A stretch of 64,000 nucleotides of DNA. Source: an uncultured Christensenella sp. (GTDB lineage: Bacteria; Bacillota; Clostridia; Christensenellales; UBA3700). Within the stretch, counting starts at the first letter, position 1. Every line of letters begins with the position of its first letter. Below the pieces are notes generated by a model that had not been told where the DNA came from, did not search any database, and saw nothing but the letters and a program-made list of their open reading frames with translations. Positions 10,201-17,959 of the stretch are shown one piece after another. The translations under genes and the position numbers were made by a program. Location: positions 2,982 to 66,981 of the forward strand of contig CATMWH010000001.1 of the NCBI GenBank assembly GCA_950079155.1, in the 5' to 3' direction.

Positions 10201-13056
10201 ACTTCTGGAAGTCAAGAAAATTCCGTTAAGATCATTATCGACGGTATGGAAGACGACGATATGTCCGATTTCTTCTCAATAGTCCGCAAGTTGAGCGGCA
10301 AGAATATGACCGAGGGAGAGATAGAGGACAGGATTGACGCGCAAGTCAAAGATTATATGAGCAATATCAAAGGCATTGAATATAAGTTCGCCGGAGGAGC
10401 GCTGACGCTTGACAATATCTTCAACGTAATGGCAAGTAGCGATATTGTCAAGAGCGAAAATCCCGACGACTACGTATTCAAGCCCGAGGAGTTACGCAGG
10501 CTTCTCAAGCAACTTTACGGATATGATTATGACGCTGTGAGCGGAGGCAATTTTACGCCGGCTTCTAATCTCGATAACTTTATCGACGTAGAATTATATA
10601 ATAAATATTTCATAAGCGACGGCTTTAAAGACACGCTTAAAGAAAGCGAGAAAGACGACACGTTGCTTGACGGCTTCGCCAGTATAGGCGGCGATAATTT
10701 CAGCATAGATAAAATCAGGTTGAGAGATGTTTTGAGAGAAGACGGATCTATATTATACGGATTGACTTCGCTCAACAATTTGACTGACAGGAGCAATAAG
10801 AGTCAAGTTCAAATAGACGAAGAGATTGCTCAAAATTTCAAACCCAAATTCTCAAGGGAAGAATTGGCGCATCTTTTGCGCACGCACGTTTCCTCAGCAG
10901 GCGATATGTCGTTTATGACAGAGCAAGAAGTAGTCTTCGCCGACAATGACGAAAATATTATGACTTTGACTTTGCGAGGCAGGGATAATCTCAAAGATGA
11001 AAATGCAAAGGGACTTATGCCCGATTATTTCTATATCAATGTCACCATTGAATTAGGATATATCTCTGAAATTGACGGTACGCGCAGCGATATGAACGTC
11101 TACGCAATGGATATCAATTCCGTAAGATACGTCGAAGACAAGGGCGAAAATCAAGATTTGCAATTGCTGTTGATGCTTATAGACAGAATTCAGAATAACT
11201 CTCGCGACGGCTCAGAGCCTGCCGAAAAAGTTTCTCTTGACGGCATTATGCAAGATATAGAAGCAAAACTCAAAGATTTCAAAGCTCAAATTCACAACAA
11301 TATATTTACTGTATCTTTCCTTGCCGACGGAGGATTGATGTTCAATGAGACGGTATATCAAATAGCGCTCAACTCGGTATACGGCGCGTCTGCCAATGGG
11401 TATGGCAAACATGAGGATATGCCCGACGAGATAGACTTCCGCAACGGACTTTGCAAAGTCAACAATATGCCCGATAAGTTTGAATACGAGCAGGGAGTAT
11501 TTATTGATTTTTTAAACGGCAACAGAGCGGATAATTCTAATAAAGCGATAGCCGACATTAACGACAAGTACGCTCTTGCCAAGCCTTTGAAGGACGGAAC
11601 TAACGCAATACTGTCCATACTTGGCGATTACGCAAAAGATTATGCGACCAATATAGACGGTCAAATGCTTACAAGTCAGCAAAAGAGAGATATGAGCGTA
11701 GAGCAACTTCGTCCGAGTATCGACGGAGAGGAACTTTTGCTTATGCTTGAGAATAGCGTCGCGTTTAGCGCGGACGGCTATCAAGACGCCGTAATGAAAG
11801 CAATGTATATTCTCGACGACAAAATGTTAATAGTCTACAACAGTCCCATAGAAATTGAGCAAGAAAACGATAAGTTCGTCGAATTATTGCCCGATACTAT
11901 GTCTATCGTGGTAAATATAGACGTCGACGCTCTTGAGTTTGCAGATAGGCTTTGTACGCAAATAAGCATCAACGATCTTCTTGATTGCGAAGTCAACGCA
12001 ATTCAGTCTATGGTGTATACGCTCAATCAAAAAGAAGGCAAAGAAAGCAAGAGCCTAGAGGAGGCGAATGTAGAGTGTTCCGGCAGCGTGCGTGATACTA
12101 TGAAGTCATTGACGGATAATATGACGGTAAGATACGTTGCCGACGATACTGTCGACGGCATTACCGGAGGCGGAACAATGATACTCGACAGTATCTATGA
12201 GGTAGCCGCTAAGAAGATAAACGAGGTTGACAATGAAGGCGAGGTAGCCTCTCAAGAAATCAAAGATACTTTGGAAGCCCTCTTTGACGGTCTTGATATA
12301 GAGGCGTACACTCCGCCTGCAGGCTTGAACGCCGACGATATGAAGATAACTTATACGTTAGATAGAGAGAACGAGCGTTCTTCCAATCTTATGCTTGATA
12401 CGTCAAATATTATCAATCGCAGACTCAACATCAGCGGAGCAATAGGCGGTTGGAATATAGCGTCAATGATAGACACTGACAGATTGCTAGGACCGCTCGG
12501 ACTTGAAAATAGCGCCCAAGACGGCGCAGAAGTCTTGAAATTAAAGCATACGGCGTTGGTACCTAAGAAAATCAACGGCGACGGCACTTTTGACGATATA
12601 AGAGCAAAATTAGGTTCGCTTCTTGACAAGGAGTATTTTCTTATCACACTTGATATGGATATGACAGCGGCGGCAGGTATGGAGATGTCTATACTTCCAA
12701 AGCGAATGGACTTGACTCTGTATATGGATTTGACTAGCGAAGAAATATCTATAATTTACAACGCTATGACTGACAAACAGCGCGGAATACTTTCGAGACT
12801 TGTTAAGACGAGCCGCCCCGAAGGCGTTGGCGGTCTGGATTTGAGCAACACCGAAGCAGTCAAGTCGGAGATTATGGATATGGAGATCATCAGAGAAGAC
12901 GTCGGAAGTTACACATTCACAGTCACGTTGGGCGATTTGTTGCATAGCGGCGGCATAGTATTGCCTATAAGCAAGGCGTTGGACCAAGTCGAGAGAGACG
13001 AGAATATCATACTGGGTATGGGCGCAATGGTGTTAGATTATACCGTTCAAATGTAA
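7240..13056 (+). CDS. Giant (about 1,938 aa) acidic single-pass membrane protein with six cryptic internal repeats; no recognisable family
   Basis: Uninterrupted ORF. ATG at 7240 (MAESEEKNN) follows an aggt RBS-like element; the track start at 7165 lies in AT-rich leader. Contains a basic stretch followed by the TM span VLACVFVFIFLGTIAGITAGAYTA. The motif LP-x3-Y/S-x-x-V-x-I recurs six times. Confidence 0.8.
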   Translation: MAESEEKNNNVESTDLNSNIESSQENAPESVEQDGVIIDYNLPKTEREDAVVVDSDIVIDGENGAEAVKDIFVEQVDYCENQPNFQFVDNEAVNFCDGNFEGYPEDRFENFAVEDMPAQEQVVQNQRKSSKQSKVRVIKKLNIEKDKKAIARQRRNKIIGKVLACVFVFIFLGTIAGITAGAYTAADKLWMESVGEEAGVEFKELFTLFNGVIDANEDKIVTKGFNQEDLEEFYSNLKRKMFLAQDYNLSIGQIISSVMSASGEEKESQQSYTTVGVDGYDLQYVYCDADGNTVVSDEKPTAEDFGEPENNQDEINSSVTGNEQLDQLLQELKFDFSSLAQYEGERNILEISDKQLAAVINDAFSELATSFGELEEIEKSIGKPINEVIAIKQVVISGNKLSDTDTNLKITLEVKAKDLLSNLLTQYGIPSIVNAILPEKLYASVRVYPYDVTKPIEASVNRLEEDKVNKIVRIIDVILKKTGNTTSISDMLVQVNGKVVEVLDKAQQKLPITFVPTGSVDLYPIESLMGMLDVDVSEQAFLYMLKDIKLPTGETLGLVMPTPEEIKAETSVFLSELSVKYCLDNSDGKISQDNTIKDVMNFASSDDALEAIHLKEMDYSGIYSQQLKVRTSYDALAGMLSDYVKNEGLLQDITADIVKISYTSSNDILSIDIRINLSQMLGFDDDSVMSSLIKQLVPEYIYVSANICANSNKNIPTEIEINKTGSENSKAHLLTLTALANKFGMDASSLTYDEICVKVDEGLRSGLSQMQEKIGCEILFTDECAYLPNLFEVVCGTGLLNEDEDHKVEPEKLYNIMKQAYTYEVASADMNKTANADGFIGEIESKYYIQQGKIIDDGEGNLLHSVMALKENFGSSIDKTALADDNRDISIINPKMTAGEFAYLMELNIDTDNMSEALKSAEVLGARINDDEIILYLRAKLYETQESVLSQEDGNAPAESQEVDLSKYSNLLPQLAYVTVIIDAPKMTSGSQENSVKIIIDGMEDDDMSDFFSIVRKLSGKNMTEGEIEDRIDAQVKDYMSNIKGIEYKFAGGALTLDNIFNVMASSDIVKSENPDDYVFKPEELRRLLKQLYGYDYDAVSGGNFTPASNLDNFIDVELYNKYFISDGFKDTLKESEKDDTLLDGFASIGGDNFSIDKIRLRDVLREDGSILYGLTSLNNLTDRSNKSQVQIDEEIAQNFKPKFSREELAHLLRTHVSSAGDMSFMTEQEVVFADNDENIMTLTLRGRDNLKDENAKGLMPDYFYINVTIELGYISEIDGTRSDMNVYAMDINSVRYVEDKGENQDLQLLLMLIDRIQNNSRDGSEPAEKVSLDGIMQDIEAKLKDFKAQIHNNIFTVSFLADGGLMFNETVYQIALNSVYGASANGYGKHEDMPDEIDFRNGLCKVNNMPDKFEYEQGVFIDFLNGNRADNSNKAIADINDKYALAKPLKDGTNAILSILGDYAKDYATNIDGQMLTSQQKRDMSVEQLRPSIDGEELLLMLENSVAFSADGYQDAVMKAMYILDDKMLIVYNSPIEIEQENDKFVELLPDTMSIVVNIDVDALEFADRLCTQISINDLLDCEVNAIQSMVYTLNQKEGKESKSLEEANVECSGSVRDTMKSLTDNMTVRYVADDTVDGITGGGTMILDSIYEVAAKKINEVDNEGEVASQEIKDTLEALFDGLDIEAYTPPAGLNADDMKITYTLDRENERSSNLMLDTSNIINRRLNISGAIGGWNIASMIDTDRLLGPLGLENSAQDGAEVLKLKHTALVPKKINGDGTFDDIRAKLGSLLDKEYFLITLDMDMTAAAGMEMSILPKRMDLTLYMDLTSEEISIIYNAMTDKQRGILSRLVKTSRPEGVGGLDLSNTEAVKSEIMDMEIIREDVGSYTFTVTLGDLLHSGGIVLPISKALDQVERDENIILGMGAMVLDYTVQM

Positions 13057-13064
13057 TACGCGAC

Positions 13065-13104
13065 GTCATTTCGACATAGTTTAGTGTACGGAGAAATCTA
13101 GTCC
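13065..13104 (+). repeat. Family-1 dispersed intergenic repeat copy
   Basis: gtcatttcgacatagtttagtgtacggagaaatctagtcc, 9 nt after the stop of the giant ORF. It shares the gtcatttcga ... ggagaaatc ends with the other copies. Confidence 0.7.
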
Positions 13105-13193
13105 ATACTTTAGTCGTATAAAATAATTATTGCTTTTGCAAAATCAAAAATATATCTGCTTGCAAAGCAAACAACACATATCGGAGGTAACGA

Positions 13194-14108
13194 ATGAGAA
13201 AGCATTACGACACTTTAGAGATAGGACATATATCCTTAGATTATAATATCGACTATCTTGACAATCAAATAATCGAAGTAGGCGGAGCGGTGATATATTC
13301 TTCAGCTGCCGCTTATGCAGGAGGTTATAAAGTGGGAGTCGTCACAAAACTTGCGCCGCAGGATAAGGACAGGCTCAATTGCTTTGTAATAGACAAAGAC
13401 GACGTATTTTATATTCCCAGCAAAGAATCTACTTCTATTCGCAACAAGTATCACACTGCGGACAAGGAAAGACGCACTTGTACCTGTATTGGGCAGGGAG
13501 ACAGTTTTTCTATACAAGACATACCTGACGTCGACGTCGACGTATATCATTTTGCCGGGCTTATATACGGTGACTTTGACGGCGAATTGATGATAGAACT
13601 TTCCAAGCGCGGCAAGATTGCCGTAGACGTACAGGCGCTTTTAAGACACGCCAACAGAGAGACCGGCGAGATGTATTTTGAAGACTGGGCTGATAAAAAG
13701 CGCGTCTTGCCGTATATAGATTATCTTAAGACGGACACGGCAGAGGCAGAGATACTCACGGGGCAGACGGACAGAGTTGTTGCAGCACAATTGTTGCGCG
13801 AGTGGGGAGCAAAAGAAGTTGTCATCACGAATTCTGCAGAAGTCCTTGCCTTTGACGGCAACGAAATGTATACTTGTCCTATAAAAGCGAGAAATCTTTC
13901 GGGCAGAAGCGGACGAGGAGACACTACATTTGCGGCTTATATTACGCAAAGACAGTCTCACAGTATGGCTGATTCTCTATTGTGGGCGACTGCAACCGTT
14001 TCAACGAAGATGGAAGCGCCGGGACCATATAAAGGAAAAGGGTCGGATATTGAGGCGTATATCAAGGAATTTTATTCCGACGATTGCATAAAAAAGATAA
14101 AATATTGA
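13194..14108 (+). CDS. PfkB-family carbohydrate/nucleoside kinase
   Basis: 304 aa with RBS ggaggt. Ribokinase-like layout with the C-terminal anion-hole motif GRGDTTFAAY. Confidence 0.7.
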   Translation: MRKHYDTLEIGHISLDYNIDYLDNQIIEVGGAVIYSSAAAYAGGYKVGVVTKLAPQDKDRLNCFVIDKDDVFYIPSKESTSIRNKYHTADKERRTCTCIGQGDSFSIQDIPDVDVDVYHFAGLIYGDFDGELMIELSKRGKIAVDVQALLRHANRETGEMYFEDWADKKRVLPYIDYLKTDTAEAEILTGQTDRVVAAQLLREWGAKEVVITNSAEVLAFDGNEMYTCPIKARNLSGRSGRGDTTFAAYITQRQSHSMADSLLWATATVSTKMEAPGPYKGKGSDIEAYIKEFYSDDCIKKIKY

Positions 14109-14190
14109 TTTTACGTAGATCTAACTTTTGCGTCGTTTTGAGCGAAGTTGATAAATTTATTTTAATAAGGATTATACAAAGGAGGATAAT

Positions 14191-14445
14191 ATGCATTACA
14201 CTTACAATACGAGCGGAACTTGCTCGCGCGCTATTGATTTTGACATAGAAGACGGAATCATCACTAACGTAAAGTTCACAGGCGGTTGCAACGGCAATCT
14301 CAAGGGGATAGGTAAATTGGTCGAGGGAATGAAAGTTCAAGACGTGGCGGCAAAACTCAAGGGTATTCCCTGTGGGGCAAGACCGACTTCTTGTCCTGAC
14401 CAACTCGCAAGGGCTTGTGAAAAATATATTAACGACAATAAGTAA
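14191..14445 (+). CDS. TIGR03905-family TSCPD-domain small protein
   Basis: 84 aa with RBS aaggagg. Motifs GTCSRAIDFDIEDGIITNVKFTGGCNGNLKGI and GARPTSCPDQLA are characteristic of this 4-Cys family. Confidence 0.75.
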   Translation: MHYTYNTSGTCSRAIDFDIEDGIITNVKFTGGCNGNLKGIGKLVEGMKVQDVAAKLKGIPCGARPTSCPDQLARACEKYINDNK

Positions 14446-14593
14446 AATCTAATAATTAAATTTTTATATAATTGACCTAAAGCGAGTCGCGCCGCTTTAA
14501 GTCAATTTTAAAATAAAATATTTGCAATTATTATAATTGTAAGTATTGACAAATTGAGACATAATTATTATAATGGTAAAGTAACGCTTAAAA

Positions 14594-14998
14594 ATGCGTG
14601 TGGGAGGTAAAATTGTGGCTGAACCGAGGCAGAGTTTTGAAGAGAGAATCAATGAAATTGACGAAGCAAGTATGGAGTATTACAACAGGCTTCATTCGCG
14701 CTTTCTTTCTTATAAAGGAGTAAAGAGTAGGTTAAGCCTTAGGTGCGATAGTTACAGAGCGGGCAAAAAATTATTGGCTAAAATCACGATTGGAGGAAAT
14801 TCGCTCAAAATTTATCTTGATATCGACGCCTCTCAAGAAGACATTGCTCAAAAGAAAATTCGTTTTAGAGATATGTCCAAGGCTTCGGCATACAAAGAAG
14901 TACCGGCAATGATACCCATCAAATCGGAATTGTGCGCTCGCAAAGTTTGCGATATCATAGACATTATGATGGCTCAAAAGGGCTTTGAGAAGGTTTGA
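14594..14998 (+). CDS. Hypothetical protein (start may be the GTG at 14615 behind gggagg)
   Basis: 134-aa ORF preceded by promoter-like AT-rich DNA. I recognise no motif. Confidence 0.5.
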   Translation: MRVGGKIVAEPRQSFEERINEIDEASMEYYNRLHSRFLSYKGVKSRLSLRCDSYRAGKKLLAKITIGGNSLKIYLDIDASQEDIAQKKIRFRDMSKASAYKEVPAMIPIKSELCARKVCDIIDIMMAQKGFEKV

Positions 14999-15225
14999 TA
15001 TTTTTTAATTTTAAGTACTTATTTATTTGCAAACTGTTTCTCTAGGCGCAGAATTTGAAGGGAAAATTGCAAATAATTAAAAATTTATTAAAAAAACTTT
15101 GGTTTTTGCAATTTTTTTTTGAAAAACATATTGATTTTAATGCTCTTTATACAATATAATATATTTAAGATACTCTCAAATACTTTTTTGCGCTCTTGCG
15201 TATAATTATTTGAAAGGGGGAGAAT

Positions 15226-16530
15226 ATGGAAGAACAGACAAACGAGGTTTTGAGCGAGCAACCTGTTGCCGCGGAAAATCCTGAATCAGTTGCTCCAAGC
15301 GCGCAAGAGGCAATGACAGATAAGCCGCAAGAAGAGTTGCAGAATGATACGGCTCAATTGCAGGAGGCGTCTGCGCCCGAGCAACAGGTAGTTGAAAATC
15401 AAGACGCCCAAGTTGACGAGCAGCAAGACAAGAAGAAAAAGAAGGGTAAGAAAAAAGACAAAAAGCCAGCCGCTATAGACAAACCGGAAAAGCCTAAGAA
15501 AGAGAAAAAGGTTGGCGCGTATATTGTGTCGCTTTTTAGATATTTTAATATTATCACGTTATTGCCGTTTGCATTGCTGATGTACGCTATATTCTTTTCT
15601 TCATACATAGTTGACAAAGGCGAGTTGTTCAAATCCAACTTATTATGGATTTGCGTTATACTCGGCATAGCCGCTGTAATAATGACAGCTTGGTTTATTG
15701 TCACTGTTAAAAAAAGAAGAGTATGTTCGTTCGACGCATTTTTATTGATGGCGCTTATGATATGCGCGAGTATGATAGCGCAGTGTATTATATTCAAGAA
15801 TTTTGCTTCGTTTGACGGTATATCCATTGCCACGCTTGCCGTGACGGTTGTGGTATTGGCGCTATTTACAGTACGGTTGATTATGTTTAGTCCCAGAGTT
15901 CAGCGCAATCACAACGACAAATCATATAAAGCAAAGAACAAACTTTCTATGTATTTCAAGGTTATATTCACCAAATACGGTTTCTTTATCTCTATGCTTT
16001 GCGTAATAGGCGCTTTGTTGATACTCATAATCTCTAAGTCCAATGTCTTTGAAGATTTTGAATTTGTTGCTACGCAGACAGAGAAGATAGTGACGACGGT
16101 ATTTGCGGCGTTGGCTGCAATACTTATGATAGTAGGTATATTTATTAGGATAGTCAGAGGTAGAGCCAACGTAATTGACTGTATGCCATATATGATGTTT
16201 ATGGTCACGATAGGCGGTTTGATTTATTTCATTACGAAACAGACCTATATGATACTGTATATCGCTATCGGTTGCGCCGTTGTAGGCGCGGTATGGCTAG
16301 TGCTTTGCCAATATACCTTGCTTATGGCCAATTACAAGCAGGCAGAGCAGTCGGAAGGCGTTGCTAATGCAGGCGGAACTGCTTCGCCTTCAGAAGAGCC
16401 GATTGCCGAAACGCAAACTACCGCCGACGAAGTTGCGTCAAGCCAGACTCAATCTTCTGCAGAGACTGCTCAATCGGCAGATAATGCTCCCACAGCAGAG
16501 TTATCGTCAGCAACAGATACACAAGCGTAA
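15226..16530 (+). CDS. Hypothetical polytopic membrane protein with low-complexity acidic/Q-rich N- and C-terminal tails
   Basis: 434 aa with RBS aggggga. The N-terminal tail ends in KKKKKGKKKDKK. There are about 8 hydrophobic spans. The C-terminal tail is rich in S/T/A/E/Q. Confidence 0.7.
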   Translation: MEEQTNEVLSEQPVAAENPESVAPSAQEAMTDKPQEELQNDTAQLQEASAPEQQVVENQDAQVDEQQDKKKKKGKKKDKKPAAIDKPEKPKKEKKVGAYIVSLFRYFNIITLLPFALLMYAIFFSSYIVDKGELFKSNLLWICVILGIAAVIMTAWFIVTVKKRRVCSFDAFLLMALMICASMIAQCIIFKNFASFDGISIATLAVTVVVLALFTVRLIMFSPRVQRNHNDKSYKAKNKLSMYFKVIFTKYGFFISMLCVIGALLILIISKSNVFEDFEFVATQTEKIVTTVFAALAAILMIVGIFIRIVRGRANVIDCMPYMMFMVTIGGLIYFITKQTYMILYIAIGCAVVGAVWLVLCQYTLLMANYKQAEQSEGVANAGGTASPSEEPIAETQTTADEVASSQTQSSAETAQSADNAPTAELSSATDTQA

Positions 16531-16645
16531 AAAAATCTACTTTTGATACAAAAAATGTGCGGAAATTATATGTCCGTACCTTTTTTATGCATTTATTTTT
16601 ATTATAATTTGCTTATGTCATTTATTAAACTTATCGGCTTTACTT

Positions 16646-16677
16646 GTCATTTCGAGCGAAGTCGAGAAATCCGATTC
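16646..16677 (+). repeat. Family-1 dispersed intergenic repeat copy
   Basis: gtcatttcgagcgaagtcgagaaatccgattc, lying between two convergent genes. Confidence 0.7.
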
Positions 16678-16685
16678 TTTTGTCT

Positions 16686-17561
16686 TTATAAAATCAATGA
16701 CGTTTCGTCAAAATCGGGAATAAAGTCTTCAGTTGCGCTGTCAAGACTTTGAACAAAGGTGTTATCTAGACCCAATTTCAATGCGTATTGCGTCGCAATC
16801 TTATATTCCAACGGCTTGAGTTTTCTATTTATTTCGGGGAATTTATAAGCGTCACACACAGGTACATACTGTCCCATAAGAGAAATATACGTGTCTTTCG
16901 GCATATTGTTTGCAATCCAATCCAGGACGCCTTTTGTATTTTCTGTGGCATTTGGCAAAACTAGATGCCGTATTATCAATCCCTTTTTCATTATGCCGTT
17001 TTCTATAATATCTATAGGGCGAAGTTGCCGCATTTTAATCAGAGCGTTGGTACATACTTGGAAGTAGTCTTTACAATTGCTGTATTTTGTCGCAAGGGCG
17101 TTGTCGCTATACTTGAAGTCGGGGATAAAAATATCCACTAGGTCTTTCAGTTTTTCCAGCGTGCCAAGACTTTCATAACCTCCGCAATTATATACGATAG
17201 GTATTTTTGGTTTATAGATTTCGCAAGCCTTGATTATATCGTCTGCAAAGTGCGTAGGCGTGACCAAATTGATATTGTGCGCCTGTAGGTCTTCAAGTTT
17301 TTTGAATAGATCCGCAAGACTGCTTGACGTCATATCCTTGCCTTTGCCGCGAGATACCTCGAAATTTTGACAGTATGCGCACTTGAGATTGCAACCGCTA
17401 AAAAATATAGTTCCGCTGCCTTTGCTTCCCGAAATTATAGGTTCTTCCCATTTATGCAAAGCCGCTCGCGCAATTTTAAGCGAGCCTTGATTGCAATATC
17501 CGCGTGTTTTACTTCTGTCAACGGAGCATTTTCTCGGACAGAGAAGGCATAAGTTTTCCAT
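16686..17561 (-). CDS. Radical SAM protein, PflX-like (pyruvate formate-lyase activase-related, function unknown)
   Basis: 291 aa. Contains an N-terminal Cys motif CPRKCSVDRSKTRGYC and the radical SAM CxxxCxxC motif GCNLKCAYCQN. Confidence 0.85.
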   Translation of the reverse strand: MENLCLLCPRKCSVDRSKTRGYCNQGSLKIARAALHKWEEPIISGSKGSGTIFFSGCNLKCAYCQNFEVSRGKGKDMTSSSLADLFKKLEDLQAHNINLVTPTHFADDIIKACEIYKPKIPIVYNCGGYESLGTLEKLKDLVDIFIPDFKYSDNALATKYSNCKDYFQVCTNALIKMRQLRPIDIIENGIMKKGLIIRHLVLPNATENTKGVLDWIANNMPKDTYISLMGQYVPVCDAYKFPEINRKLKPLEYKIATQYALKLGLDNTFVQSLDSATEDFIPDFDETSLIL

Positions 17562-17670
17562 ACCACAAGTTTAACTCATTGAATAGCATAAGTCAAGCAG
17601 GCTTGGATTTCATAAACACGTAATCAACCTTTTCGTATTGGTAAGATGACATATGATTGCAAATTTCTAT

Positions 17671-17714
17671 GTTATTACGACCAAAACGAAGCATAGTGGA
17701 GAAATATAAATCAG
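17671..17714 (+). repeat. Family-1 dispersed intergenic repeat copy (diverged)
   Basis: gttattacgaccaaaacgaagcatagtggagaaatataaatcag. Compare with 41723-41765, gtcatttcgacttacgcgaagcgaaatggagaaatcatatcag. Confidence 0.6.
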
Positions 17715-17726
17715 ATGAATTGATTT

Positions 17727-17858
17727 CTAATATGGCTTTCCGTTGCCGTCAGCTTCGTCCTTGAGAGCCATTTTCATATTTGCTTCGTCAATTGAGCGCA
17801 TTTTTACTCTTTGATTTGATTTTTGTTGTTTACTCTTTTTTTTAGATTGTTTTTTCAT
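17727..17858 (-). CDS. Possible 43-aa highly basic small protein
   Basis: Strong RBS ggaggga 6 nt upstream of the ATG (17856-17858, complement). Translation: MKKQSKKKSKQQKSNQRVKMRSIDEANMKMALKDEADGNGKPY. It is below the ORF-track cutoff and lies 165 nt upstream of the radical SAM gene on the same strand. Confidence 0.45.
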   Translation of the reverse strand: MKKQSKKKSKQQKSNQRVKMRSIDEANMKMALKDEADGNGKPY

Positions 17859-17959
17859 AATTCCCTCCAAAGAAATTATGACTAATTTATGCGTACTTAA
17901 ACTTGCCGTTTGACATTGTTATAATTATGCTTTAAAATATTTACATACAGAGGAGCATT

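Noticed and set aside
16543-16752. A 69-aa plus-strand ORF.
   Set aside because: It is made of a terminator region plus a family-1 repeat (it encodes ...CHFERSREI...) and it overlaps the 3' end of the convergent radical SAM gene. It has no RBS.
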